Assembly: GCA_947501605.1 (NCBI GenBank)
Contig: CANMWZ010000016.1
Span: forward strand, 27,991 to 91,990
Direction: 5' to 3'
From: Planctomycetota bacterium
GTDB taxonomy: Bacteria > Planctomycetota > UBA1135 > UBA2386
DNA length: 64,000 nt
Under the pieces are notes generated by a model that worked only from the letters and a program-made list of their open reading frames with translations, ran no database searches and was not told the origin of the DNA. Below, piece by piece: positions 36,930 to 45,092 of the stretch (within the stretch, counting starts at the first letter, position 1; each line of letters starts with the position of its first letter). A program made the translations under genes and the position numbers.

Positions 36930-39833
36930 ATGCAGGCTTGGCGTATCGAGGTCCTGGTTCGCGAGTCGGAGCCCGATCCCGCAGGTTCGTCCGCGGCAAA
37001 GGCCCTGGAACGACAGGGGCTCGCCCCCACATCCGTCCGCAGCCGACGCGGCTTCCTGCTCGGCAGCACTTTGACGGATGCGCAGGTCCGCACATTTGCC
37101 CGCTCGGTGTTGACGGACCCGGTGCTCGAGACCTTTGTGGTCCATGCACCCGGGGCCTCGAGCCCCATGCCCCTGCCCGGAGTGCATCGCATCAGCGTGC
37201 TCCTGCGCAAAGGCGTCACCGATCCGGTCGCGCAATCCGTGCAGAAGGCACTCGCCGACCTGTCGCTCCCGGTAGTCGAGGCCGCCACCTACCGCGCCTA
37301 CGACGTGAAAGGGGTCGATGCGCGCGAGCTCGCGACCGCCGCGCGCCGCGCCCTGGCCAACGCGGTGGTCAACGAAGTGCTCGCCGACGTCTTGCCCGAA
37401 TCGTTCGCATACAGCGACAACCAAGCCGACCTCGCACCGCATCCGATCCCGCTGGCGCACCTCGATCGGACTGGTCTTGAACAGCTCAGCAAGGATGGCG
37501 GCCTCGCACTCGACGGTGCCGAGATGCTCGCAGTGCAGGAGCACTACCAGCAACTCGGTCGCGCCCCAAGGCGCATGGAACTCGAGACCATCGCGCAGAC
37601 GTGGTCCGAGCACTGCAAGCACAAGACGCTGACCGGCCGCATTCGCTTCGACGGTCAGATCATCGACAACTTGTTGAAGTCCACCATCGCGCACGTCACG
37701 CACACGCTCGCGCGCGACTTCTGCGTCTCCGTGTTCGTCGACAACGCCGGCATCGTCAAGTTCGACGACGAGGACTCGGTCTGCATCAAGGTCGAGACCC
37801 ACAACCGGCCGTCGGCCATCGAACCCTTCGGCGGTGCGGGGACTGGCGTCGGGGGAGTGATCCGCGACGTGCTCGGCACGGGCCTCGGCGCGAGACCGAT
37901 TGCCAGCACCGATGTGTTCTGCCTCGCGCCACCGGACATGCCAAAGGAGCAACTGCCCGCCGGCTGCTTGCACCCTCGCACCGTGCTGCAAGGCGTCGTC
38001 GCCGGCGTGCGCGACTACGGCAACCCGATGGGCATTCCAACGGTGAACGGCAGCCTGCACTTCGATGCAGACTTCGTCGGCAACCCGCTCGTCTACGTTG
38101 GCAACGTCGGCATCCTCAAGACCGCGCGCGCCCAGAAGAAAGTCCACGCCGGCGACTATGTAGTCGCACTCGGGGGCCGCACCGGCCGCGACGGCATTCA
38201 CGGCGCCACGTTCAGTTCGCTCGGGCTGCACACCAAGAGCGAATCGGTGAGCTCGGGAGCAGTTCAGATCGGCGACCCGATCGCCGAACGCAAAGTCATG
38301 GACGCGGTGCTGGCGCTGGCCGAGCGCGACCTGTTCTCGTCCATTACCGACTGCGGAGCCGGCGGCTTCAGTTCGGCAATCGGCGAGATGTCCGAAGGAC
38401 TCGGCGCCGAGATCGAGCTGCAAGGTGCGCCGCTCAAGTATGAGGGTCTCGCTCCGTGGGAGATCTGGATCAGCGAAGCCCAAGAACGCATGGTGCTCTC
38501 GGTCCCACCGCGCCACCTCGACGCGGTCAAGGCCGTCTGTGCAGAAGAGTGCTGCGAGGTGACCGTACTCGGTCGCTTCACCGACACCGGCCAACTTGTC
38601 GTCAAGTTCCACGGCCAAGTGCACGCCGACCTCGACCTGCACTTCCTGCACAAGGGTCTCCCCGTTCGCGAGCGGCTCGCCACCTATGTGCCGAACAAGC
38701 TCACCGAGCCAAACCTGCCGGCCGAGACCGACTGCAGCAAAGCGCTGCTCACGGTGCTGTCCGACTACGCGGTCTGCAGCAAGGAGTGGATCGTGCGCCA
38801 GTACGACCACGAAGTGCAGGCGGCGTCAGCCAGCAAACCGCTGTGCGGCCCGCGCGAAGACGGCCCCGCCGATGCCGCGGTGTTGGCGCCAAAACTCGGC
38901 AGCCGCCGCGGCATCGTTCTGGGCAACGGCCTCAACCCGCGCTACAGCAAGATTGACCCGGCGGCTATGGCCGAGTGCGCACTGGACGAAGCGATGCGCA
39001 ACATCGTCGCGACCGGCGGCGACCCGGACTACACGGCGGTACTCGACAACTATTGCTGGGGCAACACCAACAACGAACAACGCCTGGGCGAGCTGGTCCG
39101 CGCCAGCTTTGCGCTGCGCGACTTGGCGCTGCGCTATCGCACGCCGTTCGTGTCCGGCAAGGACTCGTTGCACAACGAGTTCAAGGCCAGCGACCGAACG
39201 ATCGTTATCCCCGGCTGCATTTTGGTCACGGCGATGTCGGTGATCGCCGACGTCGCGCGCACGGTCAACTCCGCCCTGTGCGAGCGCAACTCGCTCCTGG
39301 TCCTGGTCGGCGTCACCAAGAACGAACTCGGCGGCTCTACCTACTACAAGACGAAGGGCGTGCTCGGCACCACAGTGCCGCGCGTCGACGCCGACCTCGG
39401 CATCGCCGTGCTCAACGGCGTGTACCGTGCGATCCAAGCCGGCTGCGTGCTCAGTGCACACGATTGCAGCGAAGGCGGCCTCGCAGTGGCGGCAACCGAG
39501 ATGGCACTCGGCGGGCGCCTCGGCATTCGCATCGATCTATCGGCCGTGCCGCTCGGCACCGGCCTCAGCGCAGCGTCACGTACGGAGGACGTGCTGTTCT
39601 CCGAGTCGCAGAGTCGCATCCTGCTGGAGGTCAACAAAGACCGACTGAAGGACCTGCAGGCCAACCTGCGCTCGGCGCCGCACGCGGTGATCGGCGAGGT
39701 CAACGGCGGCGATACGGTGACGTTCGTCCGCGGCGGCAAGGATGTGTGCACTGTGACCCTGGCCGCCGCCGAACGCGCGTGGAAACGACCTCTCGACCTC
39801 GACGGCACGCTGATCCAGGAGGTTGCCCGATGA
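36930..39833 (+). CDS. purL: Phosphoribosylformylglycinamidine synthase subunit PurL, with two N-terminal PurS-like repeats (a PurS-PurS-PurL fusion)
   Basis: PurL core motifs WSEHCKHKT and ETHNRPSAIEPFGGAGTGVGGVIRD. An N-terminal extension of about 200 aa holds two repeats of about 70 aa matching the PurS pattern (V-x-V-x(3-5)-DP...L-x-[ND]-x-V-x-E). Trimmed to ATG 36930. Confidence 0.95.
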   Translation: MQAWRIEVLVRESEPDPAGSSAAKALERQGLAPTSVRSRRGFLLGSTLTDAQVRTFARSVLTDPVLETFVVHAPGASSPMPLPGVHRISVLLRKGVTDPVAQSVQKALADLSLPVVEAATYRAYDVKGVDARELATAARRALANAVVNEVLADVLPESFAYSDNQADLAPHPIPLAHLDRTGLEQLSKDGGLALDGAEMLAVQEHYQQLGRAPRRMELETIAQTWSEHCKHKTLTGRIRFDGQIIDNLLKSTIAHVTHTLARDFCVSVFVDNAGIVKFDDEDSVCIKVETHNRPSAIEPFGGAGTGVGGVIRDVLGTGLGARPIASTDVFCLAPPDMPKEQLPAGCLHPRTVLQGVVAGVRDYGNPMGIPTVNGSLHFDADFVGNPLVYVGNVGILKTARAQKKVHAGDYVVALGGRTGRDGIHGATFSSLGLHTKSESVSSGAVQIGDPIAERKVMDAVLALAERDLFSSITDCGAGGFSSAIGEMSEGLGAEIELQGAPLKYEGLAPWEIWISEAQERMVLSVPPRHLDAVKAVCAEECCEVTVLGRFTDTGQLVVKFHGQVHADLDLHFLHKGLPVRERLATYVPNKLTEPNLPAETDCSKALLTVLSDYAVCSKEWIVRQYDHEVQAASASKPLCGPREDGPADAAVLAPKLGSRRGIVLGNGLNPRYSKIDPAAMAECALDEAMRNIVATGGDPDYTAVLDNYCWGNTNNEQRLGELVRASFALRDLALRYRTPFVSGKDSLHNEFKASDRTIVIPGCILVTAMSVIADVARTVNSALCERNSLLVLVGVTKNELGGSTYYKTKGVLGTTVPRVDADLGIAVLNGVYRAIQAGCVLSAHDCSEGGLAVAATEMALGGRLGIRIDLSAVPLGTGLSAASRTEDVLFSESQSRILLEVNKDRLKDLQANLRSAPHAVIGEVNGGDTVTFVRGGKDVCTVTLAAAERAWKRPLDLDGTLIQEVAR

Positions 39834-40630
39834 AAGCGCCCCGAGTCCTCGTGCTGCGTGCGCCCGGTATCAACTGCGAGCGCGAGACGCACTTCGCTTT
39901 TCAACGCGCTGGCGGCGCACCGGAGTTCGTGCATGTCACCCAACTCCTGGCGAAGCCCGACAGTCTGTTTGACTACCGGGTTCTGGCCGTGCCCGGCGGC
40001 TTTGCCTACGGCGACGACATCGCATCGGGCCGCGTCTTGGCGCAAGAACTGAAGGCGCGACTGGGCGACCGCGTGCTGCAGTTCCTCGATCGGGGCGGCC
40101 TCGTGCTCGGCATCTGCAACGGCTTCCAGGTGCTCGTGCGCCTCGGCCTCCTGCCCTGCACCCGCGGCAAACTCGAAGAGGAAGTCACGCTGACGCACAA
40201 CCTCAGCAACCACTACGAGTGCCGCTGGGTCACGCTGCAGACCCAGAAGAGCCGCTGCGTGTTCCTGCCCGCGGGTCTCACGGTGCGCTGGCCTGCCGCA
40301 CACGGCGAAGGCCGACTGGTGCCCAAGGACGACGGCCTCGCGCGCGTGCTACTGGACGAGGGCTTTGCCGCGCTGCGCTACGTCGATGCAAGCGGTGCGC
40401 CCGCGCAGCATTACCCGGCAAACCCCAACGGCTCGCCCAACGCGATCGCCGGACTCACCGACCGAACCGGGCGAGTGCTTGGCATGATGCCGCACCCGGA
40501 TCGCAGCTTCTTGCCAACACACATGCCGAACTGGCGCGAGACGATGCGCCAGCAAGGGACGATGCCCGAGGATGGCGACGGCATGGTCGTGTTCCGCGAG
40601 ATGGTCAAGGTCGCGCGCGCCGACGGTTGA
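39830..40630 (+). CDS. purQ: Phosphoribosylformylglycinamidine synthase glutaminase subunit PurQ
   Basis: VPGGFAYGDD, the catalytic Cys in GICNGFQ, and MPHPDR. ATG overlaps the purL stop (ATGA at 39830-39833). Confidence 0.93.
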   Translation: MKAPRVLVLRAPGINCERETHFAFQRAGGAPEFVHVTQLLAKPDSLFDYRVLAVPGGFAYGDDIASGRVLAQELKARLGDRVLQFLDRGGLVLGICNGFQVLVRLGLLPCTRGKLEEEVTLTHNLSNHYECRWVTLQTQKSRCVFLPAGLTVRWPAAHGEGRLVPKDDGLARVLLDEGFAALRYVDASGAPAQHYPANPNGSPNAIAGLTDRTGRVLGMMPHPDRSFLPTHMPNWRETMRQQGTMPEDGDGMVVFREMVKVARADG

Positions 40631-40634
40631 CGCA

Positions 40635-40701
40635 GAACCACGCGGCGGCTCGGACGACCCTCGCGTTTCTGCGCCATCATGCGGGACCGGCCGCGTGGTT
40701 C
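40635..40701 (+). repeat. 12-bp perfect inverted repeat (gaaccacgcggc / gccgcgtggttc) separated by 43 nt, immediately 3' of purQ
   Basis: Read directly: 40635-40646 against 40690-40701. No T-run follows. Confidence 0.6.
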
Positions 40702-40913
40702 GGCGGCATCGGTGCACGCTTCGCCGAAGCGACGACCGCACCCTCGTGGTGCTCGTGCACCAACGCGTGCATGGACTCCTCGAAGTCGAGTGCTCTGAAC
40801 TCGACCTCGTGCCGAGCTACAGGCTCGACTTCCTCGCCCTGACTTGGGTCGACACCGTGCTCGTTCTTTCACCGCGGGCACACTTGCTCTGAGCCGCCAA
40901 TGGCCGACACTCC

Positions 40914-41696
40914 ATGACGATGGCGAAGCTGAATGACGGAGCAGACGATTCTGAGTGGGACCGCAACACCCAAGACACGCACGAGCAGAAGTTCCTCGCC
41001 GGTCCTCGCAGCCGGTTGTCCGAGTTGGCGCTCGCACTGCGCATCTTTGGCGAGTGCATCAAGGGCTTCCGCGCCCTGCACTTCTTGCCGCCGTGCGTGA
41101 CGGTCTTCGGCAGTGCACGCTTCCCCGAGCAGAGTGAATGGTACCAGCTCGCGCGCCGCGTGGCGCACGAGCTGTCCAAGACCGGCTTCACGATCATGAC
41201 CGGCGGTGGCCCAGGCATCATGGAAGCCGCCAACCGCGGTGCGCGCGAAGCCGGCGGTCTCAGCGTCGGCTGCAACATCGTCCTCCCGCACGAGCAGGAC
41301 CCCAATCCCTACATCGATCGCTTCGTCGAGTTCCGCTACTTCTTCGTCCGCAAGGTCATGCTGGTGAAGTACAGCTACGCCTTCGTGATCCTGCCGGGCG
41401 GCTTCGGCACGATGGACGAGATGTTCGAAGTCGCGACGCTGATCCAGACTGGGAAGGTGAAGAACTTCCCGCTCGTGCTGATGGGCAAGAGCTACTGGGC
41501 GCCGCTGGTCGACTTCCTGCGCACGAAAATGGTCTCGGAGCGCACGATCGAAGCCAAAGACCTCGATCGCATCTTGCTGACGGACGACGTCGCCGAGGCC
41601 GTTGAGCACATTCGCGCGGGCACCGCCACCCACCTGCGCCCAGTGCGCAAGCCCAACGTGCTGCTCGGCGAACGCCGCGTGCACGTGCGCAAGTGA
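40914..41696 (+). CDS. LOG-family (TIGR00730-type) nucleotide phosphoribohydrolase, often annotated as a 'lysine decarboxylase-like' protein
   Basis: TVFGSARF, GGGPGIMEAANRGA, PGGFGTMDEMFE. Confidence 0.85.
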   Translation: MTMAKLNDGADDSEWDRNTQDTHEQKFLAGPRSRLSELALALRIFGECIKGFRALHFLPPCVTVFGSARFPEQSEWYQLARRVAHELSKTGFTIMTGGGPGIMEAANRGAREAGGLSVGCNIVLPHEQDPNPYIDRFVEFRYFFVRKVMLVKYSYAFVILPGGFGTMDEMFEVATLIQTGKVKNFPLVLMGKSYWAPLVDFLRTKMVSERTIEAKDLDRILLTDDVAEAVEHIRAGTATHLRPVRKPNVLLGERRVHVRK

Positions 41697-41718
41697 AGCC
41701 GCACTGGGGTCGTCAGCG

Positions 41719-43116
41719 CTAGTCGCGGAAATCGCTGCTCTTGATCCCATACTTCTGCAGCAGCTTCTGCAGCGCCGAGCGCGTCATTCCAGCCTCGTCG
41801 GAGGCATGCGTGACGTTGCCCTTGTGCTTCTTCATCAGGCCCTCGAGGTAGCTCTGTTCGAGCGCCGCGATCGTGCGTGCCTTCAGCTCCTGGAAGGTCC
41901 CGCCAGCTTCTGCTTCCGCCATCGCCCGCGCCGACAAGCCGCCCGAGATTTCGGCTGGCAAATCCTCGATGCGAAGAACCGGTCCCGGCGACAGCGCGCA
42001 AGCACGCTCGATCACGTTGCCGAGCTGGCGCACGTTGCCCTGCCACTGGTAGGCGCGCAACAGCGTCAGCACCTCTGGATCGATCTGGTCCTTTCCAGAA
42101 GCCCGCCCCATTCGCTGCAGGAAGTGCCGCGCGAGCTCTTCGATATCGTCGGGCCGATCGCGCAACGGGGGCACGACAAGACGCACGACGTCGAGGCGAT
42201 AGAACAGATCCTGCCGAAAGCGGCCCTCTGCCACCTCGCGCTGGAGGCTGCGATTGGTGGCGGCGACGATGCGAACATCGACGGCGATCTCCGCTTGTGC
42301 CCCGACGCGACGGATGCTGCGCTCTTGGATCGCCCGAAGTAGCTTGCTCTGGAACGGCAGCGGCAATTCGCCGAGCTCGTCGAGAAACAGCGTCCCGCCG
42401 TCGGCGACCTGAAACAGCCCCATTCGCTCGGCAACCGCACCGCTGAAGGCACCCTTCTCGTGGCCGAACAGTTCGCTCTCGAACAGGTCGGCCGGGATGG
42501 TCGTGCAGTCCACCGGCACGAACGGCAGGTCGCTGCGGTGGCTGCGATCGTGCAGATGATGCGCGAGAAGTTCTTTGCCGGTGCCACTCTCGCCCTCGAT
42601 GAGTACCGACGCATCGGTCCGAGCCGCGCGTTCGAGCAAGTTCACGAGTTCGCCGAACAGTGTGCTCTTGTAGACGAGACGGCGACTTTCGGGGCCACCG
42701 CGCAATCGCTGCTTGAGACCCTCGTTCCCCTCCTTCACGCGCCGGTGGGCAACCGCCTTGGCGACGCGGTCCAGGAGGTCCTTTTCGGCGTAGGGCTTGG
42801 TGAGGTAGTCGAACGCACCGGCTTTGATCGCCATCACCGCCGACTGGATGTCGGGGTAGCCGGTGATCAAGACGACCTCGATATCAGGGTCGCGAGACTT
42901 CACCGCCGCGAGCAGTTGTAGACCCGACATCCGAGGCATGCGCACGTCGCTGATCACCAACTCGAACGGTTGCCTCGCGAGCTCTTCCAACGCGGCCTCC
43001 GCGCTCGTTGCAACCGTCGTGGCGTAGCCTTGGCGCGCGACCAAGAAGGCGCACGATTCGGCCATGTCTGGTTCGTCGTCGACGACCAGGACGCGCGCAC
43101 GTTCTGTGCCGATCAC
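41719..43116 (-). CDS. Sigma-54-dependent response regulator (NtrC family: receiver + AAA+ + Fis-type HTH)
   Basis: Receiver VLVVDDEPDM...VISDVRMP...DYLTKP. Walker A GESGTGKE. GAFSGA (a GAFTGA variant). C-terminal HTH. GTG start overlaps the fur-family stop (GTGA at 43113-43116). Confidence 0.9.
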   Translation of the reverse strand: MIGTERARVLVVDDEPDMAESCAFLVARQGYATTVATSAEAALEELARQPFELVISDVRMPRMSGLQLLAAVKSRDPDIEVVLITGYPDIQSAVMAIKAGAFDYLTKPYAEKDLLDRVAKAVAHRRVKEGNEGLKQRLRGGPESRRLVYKSTLFGELVNLLERAARTDASVLIEGESGTGKELLAHHLHDRSHRSDLPFVPVDCTTIPADLFESELFGHEKGAFSGAVAERMGLFQVADGGTLFLDELGELPLPFQSKLLRAIQERSIRRVGAQAEIAVDVRIVAATNRSLQREVAEGRFRQDLFYRLDVVRLVVPPLRDRPDDIEELARHFLQRMGRASGKDQIDPEVLTLLRAYQWQGNVRQLGNVIERACALSPGPVLRIEDLPAEISGGLSARAMAEAEAGGTFQELKARTIAALEQSYLEGLMKKHKGNVTHASDEAGMTRSALQKLLQKYGIKSSDFRD

Positions 43117-43613
43117 CGCCCCACTCGCTTTTGAACGCTGGCCCGACACCGTTTGCACTGGCCGTAGAGGCGCAGACTGTGGCGCTCGATCAAGAAGCCG
43201 TGCTGTCTTGCCGCTGCTTCCTGCCGCTCCTCTATCAGCGGATCGTGAAACTCGACGATCGCTGCGCATGTCGTGCAGACCATGTGGTCGTGGTGCTGGT
43301 GACCGAGCACGTGTTCGAAGCGGCGGCCGCCGTCGCCAGTGTCAAGGCCTTCGACGAAGCCTGCCGCCTCCAACACCGACAGGGTGCGATAGACGGTCGC
43401 CCGCGACACTCGGGGATCCTGTTCGTGGCTGCGCGCCAGCAGTTCGTCCGCGGTGAAGTGATCATGCGTGGCGAAGGCCGCACGCACGATCAGGGCTCGC
43501 TGCGGCGTCCAGCGATAGCCCTCTTGCCGGAAGTGATCGGCGACCGTTTGCAGTTCCTGATCGTGGTCCACGCGAGATCGAGGATAGCCCACGGGAGCGT
43601 GCGGCTCACGCAC
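43113..43613 (-). CDS. Fur-family metalloregulator (Fur/Zur/PerR type not distinguishable)
   Basis: Winged helix RATVYRTLSVLEAAGFV, metal sites HQHHDHMVCTTC and QCKRC. GTG start at 43613 overlaps the purD 3' end by 8 nt. Confidence 0.85.
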   Translation of the reverse strand: MREPHAPVGYPRSRVDHDQELQTVADHFRQEGYRWTPQRALIVRAAFATHDHFTADELLARSHEQDPRVSRATVYRTLSVLEAAGFVEGLDTGDGGRRFEHVLGHQHHDHMVCTTCAAIVEFHDPLIEERQEAAARQHGFLIERHSLRLYGQCKRCRASVQKRVGR

Positions 43614-44871
43614 GCATGCCGATGTCCTTGCGGAAGTGTATGCCGTCGAACTCGATCAATTGGAGCGCGGCGTAGCAACGCGCCCGCGCATCTTCGACGT
43701 CCTTGCCCATAGCCGTGACCGCCAACACACGACCGCCGGTCGTGATCACGTCGCCGCCCTTCTTGGCGGTCCCTGAGTGGAACACCTGAAGGTCCGGCCC
43801 GGACGTCACGCGATCGAGGCCGAAGATCGGAACGCCCTTCCTGAATTCGCCTGGGTAGCCACCACTGCACGCCACCACGCTCACGCAGGGACGCGGGTCC
43901 CACTTGGGCGCCTGCTGTTCGTCGAGTCGACCATCCACAGTCGCGAGCAACAGCGGGACAATGTCGCTCGTGAGCCGCATCAGCAGCGGCTGGGTCTCCG
44001 GATCGCCGAGGCGGCAGTTGTACTCCAGAACCCGAGGCCCTTGCGCGGTGAGCATCAGGCCGGCGTAGAGGAACCCTTGGTACTTTCGGTTCTCACGGTT
44101 CATCGCATGCACCGTTGGAAAGATGATCTGGTTCTCGATCTGCGCCATCGTGCGGGATGGAACCGCCACCGGAGTCACCGCGCCCATGCCGCCCGTGTTC
44201 GGGCCCTTGTCGCCGTCGAACACCGCCTTGTGATCGCGCGCGGGTTCGAACGGGATGATGGTCTGGCCATCGGTCAGTGTCATCACCGACAACTCTTGAC
44301 CTTCGAGGAACTCCTCGAACACGATCGTGCTGCCGGCCTCGCCAAAGCGCCGTCGCTCGAGGCAGTCGACTGCCGCAGCTCGCGCCTCGTCGTTCTTCTT
44401 GCAGACGGTCACGCCTTTGCCCGCAGCAAGTCCCGACGCTTTCACGACGATCGGGCCATCCTCCCGCATGTCGAGGAAAGCCCGGGCACCGTGCACGTCA
44501 TCGAACGGCCAATACTGCGGACCCGGGATGCGATGACGGCGACAGAGTTCGCGCGCGTACAGCTTGCTGCCCTCGATCTCCGCCGCGGCCTTGCTGGGAC
44601 CAAAGCACTTCACCGAGACCTTCTTGAGTTCATCGACAAGCCCGAGGCACAGCGGCGCCTCGGGACCGACAACGACGAGGTCGATCTTGTTCTCGACGGC
44701 GAAGTTGCGCAGGCCCTTCACGTCCTCGGCGTCGAGGTCGACGTTTTCGGCCACGAGCGCTGTCCCGGCGTTGCCGGGCGCGCAATAGACCCTCGCCACA
44801 AGAGGTGACTGGCTGATCTTCCAGCACAAGGCATGTTCGCGGCCACCGCCGCCGACGACGAGGACTTTCAC
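43606..44871 (-). CDS. purD: Phosphoribosylamine-glycine ligase
   Basis: VKVLVVGGGGREHAL, an ATP-grasp body, and GPNTGGMG. Start taken at GTG 44871, giving 421 aa (typical for PurD). Confidence 0.93.
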   Translation of the reverse strand: MKVLVVGGGGREHALCWKISQSPLVARVYCAPGNAGTALVAENVDLDAEDVKGLRNFAVENKIDLVVVGPEAPLCLGLVDELKKVSVKCFGPSKAAAEIEGSKLYARELCRRHRIPGPQYWPFDDVHGARAFLDMREDGPIVVKASGLAAGKGVTVCKKNDEARAAAVDCLERRRFGEAGSTIVFEEFLEGQELSVMTLTDGQTIIPFEPARDHKAVFDGDKGPNTGGMGAVTPVAVPSRTMAQIENQIIFPTVHAMNRENRKYQGFLYAGLMLTAQGPRVLEYNCRLGDPETQPLLMRLTSDIVPLLLATVDGRLDEQQAPKWDPRPCVSVVACSGGYPGEFRKGVPIFGLDRVTSGPDLQVFHSGTAKKGGDVITTGGRVLAVTAMGKDVEDARARCYAALQLIEFDGIHFRKDIGMRA

Positions 44872-45092
44872 GCTCGGGCTCTCGATGGGGTCAAGGTACG
44901 TTCTCGCATCCCGGCGCACACGAGCGTGCAGCGGGGGCGACACCATAGCGACCGAAACCAAAAGGGCGAAGCGCTAGGACCAGCAATCCCGCGCCGCCTG
45001 AAAACCTGCCGCTTGGCACGACTGCACCGATGGCACCGCGGCCAGGAACCGCCCTCCCGCCTGACGGCGCCGTGTGTCGAAAAGCGATCCGC

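Noticed and set aside
36801-38810. The 997-aa minus-strand track ORF (35817..38810) extending about 2 kb upstream of accA
   Set aside because: Only the last 327 codons (from ATG 36800) match AccA. The upstream part is antisense to the strongly supported purL gene and has a Val/Ala/Arg/Asp/Gly-rich shadow-frame composition. It is best explained by the scarcity of stop codons in GC-rich DNA.
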